From a virus: a stretch of DNA of 64,000 nucleotides. Shown piece after piece: positions 9,868-20,563 of this stretch. The notes beneath the pieces are model-generated. The model saw nothing but the letters and a program-made list of their open reading frames with translations. It did not search any database and was not told the origin of the DNA. How positions within the stretch are numbered: position 1 is the stretch's first letter; the number at the start of each line of letters is the position of its first letter. The stretch covers positions 1 through 64,000 of the IMG/VR virus record IMGVR_UViG_3300012000_000008; one strand, written 5' to 3'. Position numbers and translations under genes: made by a program.

Positions 9868-12800
9868 TGGCATCAATAAATTACAGTTACCTGTATTTTG
9901 ATATCAAGAACTATGCAGGTATAAATTCATTATCTTCTTATACTTTAGAAAATACTCCTCTTTATTTTTATCCTGATTTTACAACATCACCTTTATTATC
10001 AAGCAATGTAGTTATCTCTAACAAAAAAATACAATGGAATTTTGGTGATGGAACATTTTCAAATGAAGTTACAGCTTCCCATGTATATACATGGCCTGGA
10101 ACATATGAAGTAAAATTGACTATCTTTGATTCAAATGGAACTGCTTATGACAGCAGTTACAAACCAACTGTAACCATAAGAGATTTTATTGCTGATGATT
10201 TTATTTTTGAAAATTATGGAAAATTTATTTATGATGTACCAGCAAGCAAAATAATTGATCCATTAAAAATAATAAGACGCAACAGTTGGCAAACGTATAA
10301 TGCTCTTTCTGCAGAAGGATATACAGTAAATCTTTATGCATCAGGTGCAGGTGGAAGCTTTATTGATATCAATTCATTTTATAATGACAAGTGGAGTCAT
10401 TTGAGATCATTGTCTAGATTTTATGAAAAACAAAAAATAGGTAATAATGAAGAATATGTTATTGTAACATCTCTTTCCACCAAAGATACAGAATTATATG
10501 CAAGAATTAATAGCAATCAATTGGAAGTGTGTGGTCCTAATGATTCAGGAGCAGTTTTTGTTGGAACTTCTGGATATGCTGAATTTTATTATGTAGATGA
10601 TAAAACTAAAAATTATACCACCAGAGAAAATCCTATTTTTATTTTTGCAACGCTAGATAATTCAAAATTTAATGATTATTTTTCTCAACAGAGAAAACTA
10701 TTTAACTATATACCATTTCCACCTTATGGATTTCAGAGCATAGCTCCAGCTGTTCAGCCTATTATTAAAGTTAGACACAACCCTGCAAGTAAACTAAGCA
10801 TTACAAGCAATGGTATTGATGGTGAGGGAGCTTTATCTGCTACAAATTTCAATATACCGCCCATTAGTTGGCAAAACACACAAATACCTTTTGTTGTAAA
10901 ATTAAAAGACAATGAAAATTTTACTACCAGAACATACCCTCCTTTGTATTGCACAACAGCAGATTCGGTTGCGTTATCTTCAGTTTCAGCTTTTAATTTA
11001 ACCATTGATTTGGCTACTCTTAGTGCAGGCAATTACATAAGAGTACCTGGTATTGACTTTGTATCCAATTTTAACACAGACATACCCAGAAGTATAGGAG
11101 CATTTTATAAAGGTTATTTTACACCACAAAATAGTTTGCTCAATTGTATTTTAACTGCTGGAATGACCATAGTAGACCCAGTCAATTTTCCTAAAGATAG
11201 TTTAGTTGGGTGGGTATGTGAGCCAGAATATAAAAGTATTAAAAGATTATTTAAAACAAGTTTTTATAACAGTTGTTATGGCTCTGTAAATGTAAATCTC
11301 TCTGCTTATGTTCAAGATTATTCAACACCAAATAGTTCTGAATCTTATTGTGTGGCAGTAGCACCTTCTGGTGCAGGTTTTGGAAATGATTATTTGGCAT
11401 GGATTGGTGATGGATTTGCAGAAAAAATTTATAAAATTGATATTTTTGGCAATATACTTTCAGCATTTTCATTATCTTCATACCCCCTGTCTTCACCAAG
11501 TGGGATAGTAAACGTAAACTTATTGTCACAGGTTTTATCGAGTGCTGCACCCAACAGCATAGCATTAGATGGAAATAGTGATGTATGGGTTTCATTATTT
11601 GACACAGTTTCTTGCATAAAAATTGATTATAATTCTGGTGCCATAAAATCTGTAGCATACCCCAATCTACAAAACATTGTCTATTATCTGAGCTCCACAT
11701 ATAATATTCCTGAATTATCAGGTTTTGCAGGTGAAAATATTTTATTACCTGCTTCCTTGGATACTGATAAGAATAATAATTTATGGGTTGCTTATACACA
11801 CCCTGTTTCAAATTTCTTATTCAAATATAATACATACGGTACGATTTTAACAGCAGTTCCTTTTCCTTCATTAATATCACCAGTTGAAATAATTGTTGAT
11901 AGAAATGATTATGTTTGGTTTACAGCACTCAATAATACCTACAACCCTCCTAATATTTTAAATAGAAATGATTATGTTTATAAAATAGATTCAACTGGTG
12001 CTTTGGTTTCAGGCTATCCATTGAGCGGGTTTAAACTTGTTGGCAATATAACTGTGGATGGGACTCAAAGTGCCTATGTTTCCCATGCTTTAGAAACAGT
12101 TACACGAATAGATGGCAATACAGCTGCATTACTAAATTATGTAGCAGGTGCAGGAAACAACAATACAGATTATATTTGTAGTATTGGAGGCATTGCTGCA
12201 GATACAGGAAATTATATTTGGACCATAAACAATTTTGATAATAAGCTTTACTACCTGGATGCTTATAGTGTATCTATTACATCAGTAAATGGTATAGACA
12301 ATGTGGATCTTGTGTTTCCTCCAGACAATGATCCTCTTTATCCTGTAAGTGCATTTGCTGAGAAAATTTTTCAATCTTACGGTGATTGGAATGGTTCCAG
12401 ATGGATTAACAAATACATGGTGCCAGTTACAGTTACCAGATATATTTCAGGAAACTCAACACCTTTCAACATATATTCAGATGAAGGCATTTATAATATA
12501 ACAAAAGTAAATGAAGATTTTAATGCCAAGGGTTTCTATGATGAAACAAGATATCAAGAATTTTTAATTGACAAGACAATATTTTTTGATGAATTTCTAG
12601 GCACCATAGTGGGCGATTTGAGCTCACAACCTTATGAATTAGGAAAAACAATTTATGAAAAAATAGCTAATTTTACTAATAATGTTGCAAATGTAGATAA
12701 ATGCAATTTAAAGCAGCTACTTTCTTTCTGTGATGAACTAAGCGTTCAATTTGAACAATACAATTACCCCTTTCCACCACAATTGAGAAGATTAGTAGAT

Positions 12801-13328
12801 ATTTTGTCCATAAAACACAAGTTGTTGTTTGGAGATCAAAACAAATACAATTTAAATTTTATTAAAAATGGAAGCATAAATTCAAACATAGGCATTAATT
12901 TAGGCAATCAAATATCACCTGTATCTGGCACAATTTATTCTGGTGTTCCAATTGTAGCTTATGAAGTATTCTCAGGTCTATATACTCTAGTTAATTTCTC
13001 CATAATACCAAATACCTCCTATAATCAAGCTCTGCCTTTAAGCACATACAATTATAATTGGGCATGGGGTCTAGTAGCTCCAGAATCCCTTACAGGTAGA
13101 GATATAGGCATATACTATAATTTTTATAATTTTATTGACATTTACGAGAATTCTTATTATAACAATGTTATAAACTGGTATGATCCTCTTAATAAACTGT
13201 CTCCAACACTGTCTTCTTATGGTGATTGGATAAAAAACGATGGTATCATGCAAAATATTCTTAGCTATGAAATGACAAAAGGCTTAAGATTGTTTACAAG
13301 TGCTGCCAACATACAATACAACAATTAA
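9867..13328 (+). CDS. Large baseplate/tail protein with PKD domain and beta-propeller repeats (gp7 position)
   Basis: PKD motif 'WNFGDG...HVYTWPGTYEVKLT'; repeated 'IALDGNSDVWV / LDTDKNNNLWVA / IIVDRNDYVWF' blades; directly after gp6. Confidence 0.6.
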   Translation: MASINYSYLYFDIKNYAGINSLSSYTLENTPLYFYPDFTTSPLLSSNVVISNKKIQWNFGDGTFSNEVTASHVYTWPGTYEVKLTIFDSNGTAYDSSYKPTVTIRDFIADDFIFENYGKFIYDVPASKIIDPLKIIRRNSWQTYNALSAEGYTVNLYASGAGGSFIDINSFYNDKWSHLRSLSRFYEKQKIGNNEEYVIVTSLSTKDTELYARINSNQLEVCGPNDSGAVFVGTSGYAEFYYVDDKTKNYTTRENPIFIFATLDNSKFNDYFSQQRKLFNYIPFPPYGFQSIAPAVQPIIKVRHNPASKLSITSNGIDGEGALSATNFNIPPISWQNTQIPFVVKLKDNENFTTRTYPPLYCTTADSVALSSVSAFNLTIDLATLSAGNYIRVPGIDFVSNFNTDIPRSIGAFYKGYFTPQNSLLNCILTAGMTIVDPVNFPKDSLVGWVCEPEYKSIKRLFKTSFYNSCYGSVNVNLSAYVQDYSTPNSSESYCVAVAPSGAGFGNDYLAWIGDGFAEKIYKIDIFGNILSAFSLSSYPLSSPSGIVNVNLLSQVLSSAAPNSIALDGNSDVWVSLFDTVSCIKIDYNSGAIKSVAYPNLQNIVYYLSSTYNIPELSGFAGENILLPASLDTDKNNNLWVAYTHPVSNFLFKYNTYGTILTAVPFPSLISPVEIIVDRNDYVWFTALNNTYNPPNILNRNDYVYKIDSTGALVSGYPLSGFKLVGNITVDGTQSAYVSHALETVTRIDGNTAALLNYVAGAGNNNTDYICSIGGIAADTGNYIWTINNFDNKLYYLDAYSVSITSVNGIDNVDLVFPPDNDPLYPVSAFAEKIFQSYGDWNGSRWINKYMVPVTVTRYISGNSTPFNIYSDEGIYNITKVNEDFNAKGFYDETRYQEFLIDKTIFFDEFLGTIVGDLSSQPYELGKTIYEKIANFTNNVANVDKCNLKQLLSFCDELSVQFEQYNYPFPPQLRRLVDILSIKHKLLFGDQNKYNLNFIKNGSINSNIGINLGNQISPVSGTIYSGVPIVAYEVFSGLYTLVNFSIIPNTSYNQALPLSTYNYNWAWGLVAPESLTGRDIGIYYNFYNFIDIYENSYYNNVINWYDPLNKLSPTLSSYGDWIKNDGIMQNILSYEMTKGLRLFTSAANIQYNN

Positions 13329-13336
13329 ATATTTTA

Positions 13337-16300
13337 ATGCCTGAAAGCAGCCGATTTTCTAATGAAGTAATTCCTAATTCAATTACTTCTATTGATAACA
13401 AAAACTTAAGTGTTGATAAAAATCAACCTTTAACTTTTATTCAATGGGTTGAATACAATAGAGCCATAGCTACAAATATTTCAGATTTATTGTATAGATA
13501 TCAAAATTACTTGAATAACTGGTATGTTGCAAAAAATTTAATACCTGAAAATAATCAGCTTTCCATAAAAGATTTATATGTTAACCTATTAAACGAAATA
13601 ATTTTAAATTATACTTCTATCGATGAACGAAGATTTTTAAAAAATATAGACCCAAATGATCCAAATGATTTAAGTATAGCGGTTCCTTTTTTTGCTCAAA
13701 AAATAAAAGACATTTGTGTATATTATTCTACTTTGAGAGACAAGGCTCAAAATGCCACTCTTGAATACAATTTAAAGGGTAGTAATTTTGGTTTAAAGAA
13801 TTTAATTTATAATGAAATTTCTAAAGCATTGGAGAATCAAGATTTAACAGAATTAATACGCTCATTAAACCTTTCAGTTTCTTCAGTTAGAAATAATATT
13901 ACAGTAGATCTTGAAGAGCTCTATGATTTGTATCCTAATTATTTTGATCTAGGAACTTTGCCCGCATCTGCATACCTTGCATCAACAGGCCAGAGAAATG
14001 AGTATTTTGATTTTAATACTTACAGTATCAAGCCAAACCTTTTCATTGATTTTGATCAAGCCATAGTAGATGCCATAAAAGATTATCCTTTCTTTTTAAT
14101 TGAACTTGGCACAAACAATTTATCCATTTCACCTGGTGTAAGCTCCACTCAGTTAAATTATCTTAAAGATAGTGATTTTATAACAAACATAAACAATAAT
14201 GATAAAGAAAACTTAAAATTATTTTTAGAAAAATCTGTTACAACCAAATTTATTGGTACTGATTTTTATTATATTTCAACCGGTAGCACAGCATCTCAAT
14301 TTGTTTCAGGCAAGCTATTTGAAGCAGATGCACCATACGCAAATTATTTAAATAAAAATACACCTACAATTGCAGCAGTACCAAGCCTGGATTATTTGTT
14401 TTCAGCTAAAAATATTGGCTTCTTTTTCAAACCAGATAAAGTTGGGCTTTTATCTTTTAATAATTTTAATTTTACTCATAGTATAAATTTTGATGCTCTT
14501 AGCTCTAATTTTGTTTATATATTTCCCGATCCAAAATATTATGGCAATGTAACAGGCGGTACCAAACAAGATCAAACAACACCATTGTCATTTTTTGAAA
14601 ATAATTATGTATTAAGAACTAGCTTTGCCAATAGTTATAAATTTGGTGACCCAGTAAGTGACCCTCTGCTACCCACTATTAAAGGATATCAAAGCAGAGA
14701 GCAAAGTCTTAATTATTCTAATCAAGGCCTCTCAAGATATATAGACCCTCAGGACTTTTTCAATAAAGAAAAGAAAGATGTATGGGCCAATTCAGATGTA
14801 TACTCACTAGCACCTATTATTGAGTTTCCCATTGCAAAAAGACTAGAGACTTTGCTCTCTATAAACAAAACACTTGTACAATACAAATCAGATGTTTATG
14901 GCAATGAATATGGTCTTTATAAATTTGTAGAGCCTGCTAAAGACACTTCAAATATTTTAACACAATCTGAACAACAGCAAACTGATAAATTTTGCCTTGT
15001 ATTAGATGGTCATACTTTTTATGATCTAGTTTCAGGATTTAATTTTAATTATGCTATAAGCTCCTCTGAACTGGGCTACTCAGGTGTAATTCTTAAAACA
15101 ACTAACAACATACCACCAGGGTCAGGATTTTATACACATGCGTCCAGTATAACAGGCACATCACCATTGAGCACGTTCTATTATAACAATGGTGCACCAT
15201 CATTCTCACTTTCAGGCATACCTGAAAACATAGTTTCATACTTGTTCCAGCCTGAAAACTTTTGTTCAAACATAGTAACTACAACTTTTAACTGCAATGT
15301 AAGAGATGGGTTTAGTTTTGTGTCATCTAGCTCAGGCTTATTACCAGATTATCCTTCTGATGACCCATCATTTAACCCTGCTGTAACACAAGTTTATTAT
15401 GATATTTTAGCAGATGGTGGTGTGAATCCTTTGAGCCCTGATTATAGAGCCACATTTGCATATGCAGGTTCTTTCTTATTTGTGCCTCCTGTAACAGCAC
15501 TCACAAACTATTATGGCAATTTCTTCTTAGTCAGCTCATTTAGCAATCAAACTACACCATGCAATGATGTTTTTGAAGACAAAACAGATTTCTTTTTGGA
15601 AAGTTATTATTTAAATTATAATTTACCCAAGAGAAACACTCTGTATGTACCAACAATAACTTCTAATTTACCCAAACAAAATTTATATAAAACTAAATTT
15701 GTGAACTACGGTGATTTTTATTATAGAAATAGCAATACATCTCTAGTTGCACCAGTTTCAACTGCTTTGTCATCAATTTTTATCAAGTATCCCATTGAAA
15801 CGCAGCAAGAAATATTTGAAAAAACTATTAATTTTGATGTTTATTTTGACATATTGCAAATTGAAACAGAAAATTATGTAATTTTTGATAAGATAGAATT
15901 TAATTATGAGAGCAATTTACCAAGAAGCTCTTCTTATAACGAGTTATACGTTAAAAGAGGCATTAACAAAGATTTTGACAAAATTTCTACTGTTTGGTTT
16001 AATGAAAATGAAAAAAGTTTAATCTTTGCAAAAACAACCTTGTTCTATGAAAACAGTTCCACAAACTTCAAAGTAATATATCCAGTAATTTACTCATTAA
16101 ATTTAGATTCTCTTAATTTGTTACAAATTTACCCTTCAAAGCCTGTGCAAAATTTAAGTTCACAAGATTTACTTGAATTTTCTCTTTCAGGCACAGGGGT
16201 AAATGTTAATTTAGTATCCATAGACAAGCCTATAATGTCTTATAGCAATGAATCTGGGCTATATAGCTTAAGTTATCTGGCCAGAGATTCTTCTGAATTG

Positions 16301-16489
16301 TTCTACATGTTTGTAACTACATTTAAATACTTTAATGGCATATTAAGTAACATTAAAAATATTATGTACAGGCCTGTTATTGATCTCACCTCACTAAACT
16401 TTAGTAATTCACTGAATTATTTGGTGTATGGAACTTATAATGTAGCAGGAACCGGGGGCAATATAACAGGAGGTACTTTTGTTTTTTAA
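13337..16489 (+). CDS. Large putative virion structural protein
   Basis: 1050-aa ORF in the tail module; TAAATA-N5-ATG upstream. Confidence 0.55.
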   Translation: MPESSRFSNEVIPNSITSIDNKNLSVDKNQPLTFIQWVEYNRAIATNISDLLYRYQNYLNNWYVAKNLIPENNQLSIKDLYVNLLNEIILNYTSIDERRFLKNIDPNDPNDLSIAVPFFAQKIKDICVYYSTLRDKAQNATLEYNLKGSNFGLKNLIYNEISKALENQDLTELIRSLNLSVSSVRNNITVDLEELYDLYPNYFDLGTLPASAYLASTGQRNEYFDFNTYSIKPNLFIDFDQAIVDAIKDYPFFLIELGTNNLSISPGVSSTQLNYLKDSDFITNINNNDKENLKLFLEKSVTTKFIGTDFYYISTGSTASQFVSGKLFEADAPYANYLNKNTPTIAAVPSLDYLFSAKNIGFFFKPDKVGLLSFNNFNFTHSINFDALSSNFVYIFPDPKYYGNVTGGTKQDQTTPLSFFENNYVLRTSFANSYKFGDPVSDPLLPTIKGYQSREQSLNYSNQGLSRYIDPQDFFNKEKKDVWANSDVYSLAPIIEFPIAKRLETLLSINKTLVQYKSDVYGNEYGLYKFVEPAKDTSNILTQSEQQQTDKFCLVLDGHTFYDLVSGFNFNYAISSSELGYSGVILKTTNNIPPGSGFYTHASSITGTSPLSTFYYNNGAPSFSLSGIPENIVSYLFQPENFCSNIVTTTFNCNVRDGFSFVSSSSGLLPDYPSDDPSFNPAVTQVYYDILADGGVNPLSPDYRATFAYAGSFLFVPPVTALTNYYGNFFLVSSFSNQTTPCNDVFEDKTDFFLESYYLNYNLPKRNTLYVPTITSNLPKQNLYKTKFVNYGDFYYRNSNTSLVAPVSTALSSIFIKYPIETQQEIFEKTINFDVYFDILQIETENYVIFDKIEFNYESNLPRSSSYNELYVKRGINKDFDKISTVWFNENEKSLIFAKTTLFYENSSTNFKVIYPVIYSLNLDSLNLLQIYPSKPVQNLSSQDLLEFSLSGTGVNVNLVSIDKPIMSYSNESGLYSLSYLARDSSELFYMFVTTFKYFNGILSNIKNIMYRPVIDLTSLNFSNSLNYLVYGTYNVAGTGGNITGGTFVF

Positions 16490-16500
16490 AGTAATTGCAT

Positions 16501-19500
16501 ATGGCTACTAAAGTTTTTATTCGTTACAATTCCCCCAGAACAAGCATTAACAATTGTTTCTATGCTGGTGGGTACCCTGCAGGCCCATTTCCAGTAGTAC
16601 AAAATGTGGATTTACTTTTTAATATTAATGATCCATACACACTATCAGCTGAAGATACTTCCACATCTTTGCAAAATATAACTGCTGTTTCTCCAATTGA
16701 TCCAGCAACTTACTTTGATTTTTCTTTGACTCCTAGATTGAAGTATTTTACAACGTTTAGTGATTCATTTAACATAGGCAGTTATACTTCTCCTGCGCCC
16801 AATGTTTATTGCAAAGATTTAATTAGTTTTACTTCTCAAGGTGGCACTCTGGCAAGCAATTTATCAGGTCTAACAGCATTACAATTTGCAGATGGCTCTT
16901 CTTCAAACAGTAGAAGCTTGACTTCTACAAATTTTAATAGCTGTTCTTCTCTTGTAAATGCTGATTTTAGAGACAATGGTGTAAAATCTTTTAATTTTTT
17001 AGGAGCACCATCATTAATAATTGCTTTTATTGGTAATAACCCTCTATCAGCAACAAACATTTCTGAAAATTTTGTATCAAATTTAAATTATAGAGCTCTG
17101 TCTGGGTTCTTAGATTTGGGGCTAGCTCCTAAAAATTTGCCAAATTTATACCCAATAAGCTCAACCAATCTGGGTGTAAATTCGCTCACATCTTTAAGCG
17201 CTTTGCAGAATCTTAGACTAGGATACAATGATTTAACGGAATTAACAATACCACTCTTGCCTAAATTGTTTTCTCTTGACTTGACTTATAATACAAGACT
17301 TAGTAGCCTAACCTTTAATAGCACTTTGTTTAATTTAGAATATTTGTATTGCAATAATACACAGTTATCTGCTTTGAATGTGGTTCAATTATCAGCTTTA
17401 AGAGAATTAAATTTATCAAATACACCATTTAATAGTATTACCAATATTACAAACCTTTCATCCATAAGTGGGTTGCAACAATTATACGTTGATTCAACCA
17501 ATATAAATGATTTAGACTTCTCCTACTTGCCCAATTCATTCTCCATTGAATCTCTTCAAGCAAGTAATAACCCTTCTTTGTCTTCCATAAACCCTTTGAG
17601 CTTGAGCTCAATTAATACCAGAGGATACAATTTAAAATCACTGCAATTAAACGTAAATACATCTCTTTCTGCAGCTGCATTCTATACACTGTCTGCATTG
17701 CAATATCTTGCATTGAGTAGAACAAGATTGAAAGATGTTTCATTTGCAGGTCTTTCTTCTTTAAGAACTTTTGAATCTACTGGTAACAGATTTCTTTCAT
17801 CTTTTAATAGTACAACTAGCTTGCCTCAACTGACTGGTTGTTATTTTACTTCTACAGGTGGGGTTCATCATAGAGCTTTAAGTTCTTTTGCATTAACAGG
17901 CTGCCCGCTTTTGCAAGAAATTAATGTAAATAATGCACCATTAGAATATATCAATGCAAGTAATAATCCAAGCTTAAACTTATTTTTTTCAAATTGTAAT
18001 TCTGTACCTTCAAATGAAAAAATTATTTATTTAAATAATTTAACAAACCTAAAAGACCTCTACATATACAATCACTCCAATTTAAACACAATAAATTTTG
18101 CAAATACACCCAATATTTCTAGTTTTACAGTAGCATATGCACAATTAACTTCAAATAACATTTTTGATAATATAGCTTCAAATGCTCTAACAGAGGTAGA
18201 AGTAATTAGCAATAAATTATCAGGTAGTTTTGATTTTACAAGATTTTACAATCTTAAAAACCTTTCTGTAGCTTTAAATAGCATTTCTGCGCTGCAATTA
18301 CCCAGTACAATAGAACAATTAATTGTAGCTTACAATAAATTATCTTCATTAAACATTTCAAGTTTAACCGCTCTTAGTCTTGTAATAGCCCAAAATAATA
18401 ATTTAACTGCTCTGGATACATCTGCACTTCAAAAAATTAATTATATCCAAGCAAGCTCAAATTTATTGTCCAGCATTAATTTAAACAGTCAAAAATTAAA
18501 AAATGTATATTTAAATGACAATTTTTTAAATTATTGCAATTTTTCTGCTGCTACTGGTTTACAGTTTCTAGCTACCCACAACAATAACATAACATCCATA
18601 CAGCCACCTTCTGGATTTAATGCTTCCAATACTTTTATTAACATAAGCAGCAATTATCTCTATTCAGATTCTATTGATGCTTTTATTATTTCTTTGTGTG
18701 CAAGTAATGCTTTAAACTCAGTTTTAAGATATGCAGACAACACTAAGGGCAGATCATCATACTCTGATTCTGCTTATATTCATTTGTCATCTTTTAGAAA
18801 TGCAACCTTTATACCCAATGAACCCGCTGGTACTGTTGGTTCTCCTGTGCCCATTATTACTAATATTAGCATACCTTCTACTCTTGCTTATGGTACTTCA
18901 GCAACATTATCTGCTTATGCTAGTTATCTGGATAATTTCTTTAATGTTTCTTATGGCATAGTAAATGGTCCAGGAACTATTGCATCTGGTAATATATTGA
19001 GTGCTTATTATCCAGGAACAATTACTTTGCTAGTAAGTACTCTCTCTACTACTCAATTTGACCCTGCTACAGCAGAATTTATTGTAAATGTTCCTAAGGC
19101 AAATATATCAAGCTTCATATCTTTCTCTGGCACCAATGCTTATTTCTATGATGGTAGTGTCAAATCAGCTTACCCCTATGTGCAAGGTCTATCAGGCATT
19201 GCATTTAGTACATCTTACTTTAAAAACAGTGCATTGGATGTGCCTCAAGACACAGGAACATACTCAGTAAGCACGTATATTATAAACCCAGTTTACGAAG
19301 GGTCAGCCACTTCAACACTATACATTTTTAATTCTGCTACTACATATACTCTGCCTGCCACGTGCACTAGTTCTGTCGTTTATAGCCCCAGTGGTTATGA
19401 TACTAAAAAAGATTTAGTTATATCATTTCAGTATGCATGCTATGGCAATACTGAAATTGCTGGTGAAGGTTTCTGCATATCTTTTATATCTGACACTCAA

Positions 19501-20526
19501 GCAGTTCAAGGCGGGGGCCCCGGGTATGCATTAAATTACTCTTCCGCTTCTATTTTAACTGCCAATTCAGATGGCAGTGTTGTTTATAAAAATTATCAAG
19601 GATTGTCCGGTGCACAATTAGGCATAGGTTTTGATATTACTGGTCTCTTTGGTGCATCAGGCACTGAGACCATTCCAAATTCTATAGCTATTCGCTATGG
19701 ACAAAAAGAAAATTATAGCTTACTGTATAAAACACCCAATCTAACATCTTTTCAAACACCAATTACTTTTTATCAGCAAGTTACAGCAGGAGCACCCAAG
19801 TACAAATTTGCTCTTGTTAGAGTAACTGGCTTGGGCAAAAGAATAATAGTAAAACTAAAAGATAACGCAGAAGATGATTATGTTACTTGTGTTGATTATG
19901 ATTTACCAGCACCCTTAAATGATGCTGTAAGACCTTGTATTTCTTTTAGCACAGGCATGACTGCTGCAAAGTTAGCAATAAAAAGCTTCGACATAAACGG
20001 TTTTTACAATAGTTTAAGCTCATACCCCACACTTCAACCTGCTGTAAATTATGAATATGTTCAGAATAACAACAGCATTGTTTATATTAATAATTTCTCT
20101 ATACCAAATTATATCATAGTAACTACCACAGTTTCTAGTTTTAGTGCTGTTATAGATACTAAAGTTTTAGGTCTAGTAAACAATTATAATGTAAATAGTT
20201 TTGCAAATTGCAATTTAACTCTCATTCCAGGAGTAGGCTTAAGTGCAAACAAAATTACCCTGCCTATCACAAGCAGTGCATATGTTTCTTCTTATTTAAG
20301 CAACATTTATACTTTATATTATTTTAATACAGGGTCGCTTATATTAGGGCTAGCTTTATCTTCAATAAATGTACCGCCTATTACAGCTTACCCACCTGCA
20401 CCACCAACACCACCACCAACACCGCCGCCAACACCTACTCCTACACCTGCAGCAAATAACATATTATTAGAAGATAGTAACCCTCTGCTCTTAGAAAACA
20501 ATCAACCCTTTTTATTGGAGACTTAA
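16501..20526 (+). CDS. Leucine-rich-repeat and L-type lectin domain protein with Pro/Thr linker (putative adhesin/fibre)
   Basis: Many LxxLxLxxNxL repeats; legume-lectin-like 'GEGFCISF..GGGPGYALNY..LGIGFD'; PTPPPT linker; C-terminal 'ILLEDSNPLLLENNQPFLLE'. ATG start chosen at 16501. Confidence 0.65.
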   Translation: MATKVFIRYNSPRTSINNCFYAGGYPAGPFPVVQNVDLLFNINDPYTLSAEDTSTSLQNITAVSPIDPATYFDFSLTPRLKYFTTFSDSFNIGSYTSPAPNVYCKDLISFTSQGGTLASNLSGLTALQFADGSSSNSRSLTSTNFNSCSSLVNADFRDNGVKSFNFLGAPSLIIAFIGNNPLSATNISENFVSNLNYRALSGFLDLGLAPKNLPNLYPISSTNLGVNSLTSLSALQNLRLGYNDLTELTIPLLPKLFSLDLTYNTRLSSLTFNSTLFNLEYLYCNNTQLSALNVVQLSALRELNLSNTPFNSITNITNLSSISGLQQLYVDSTNINDLDFSYLPNSFSIESLQASNNPSLSSINPLSLSSINTRGYNLKSLQLNVNTSLSAAAFYTLSALQYLALSRTRLKDVSFAGLSSLRTFESTGNRFLSSFNSTTSLPQLTGCYFTSTGGVHHRALSSFALTGCPLLQEINVNNAPLEYINASNNPSLNLFFSNCNSVPSNEKIIYLNNLTNLKDLYIYNHSNLNTINFANTPNISSFTVAYAQLTSNNIFDNIASNALTEVEVISNKLSGSFDFTRFYNLKNLSVALNSISALQLPSTIEQLIVAYNKLSSLNISSLTALSLVIAQNNNLTALDTSALQKINYIQASSNLLSSINLNSQKLKNVYLNDNFLNYCNFSAATGLQFLATHNNNITSIQPPSGFNASNTFINISSNYLYSDSIDAFIISLCASNALNSVLRYADNTKGRSSYSDSAYIHLSSFRNATFIPNEPAGTVGSPVPIITNISIPSTLAYGTSATLSAYASYLDNFFNVSYGIVNGPGTIASGNILSAYYPGTITLLVSTLSTTQFDPATAEFIVNVPKANISSFISFSGTNAYFYDGSVKSAYPYVQGLSGIAFSTSYFKNSALDVPQDTGTYSVSTYIINPVYEGSATSTLYIFNSATTYTLPATCTSSVVYSPSGYDTKKDLVISFQYACYGNTEIAGEGFCISFISDTQAVQGGGPGYALNYSSASILTANSDGSVVYKNYQGLSGAQLGIGFDITGLFGASGTETIPNSIAIRYGQKENYSLLYKTPNLTSFQTPITFYQQVTAGAPKYKFALVRVTGLGKRIIVKLKDNAEDDYVTCVDYDLPAPLNDAVRPCISFSTGMTAAKLAIKSFDINGFYNSLSSYPTLQPAVNYEYVQNNNSIVYINNFSIPNYIIVTTTVSSFSAVIDTKVLGLVNNYNVNSFANCNLTLIPGVGLSANKITLPITSSAYVSSYLSNIYTLYYFNTGSLILGLALSSINVPPITAYPPAPPTPPPTPPPTPTPTPAANNILLEDSNPLLLENNQPFLLET

Positions 20527-20563
20527 TATAAAGCAGCTGCTTTATTGAATTATAAATAAATTT

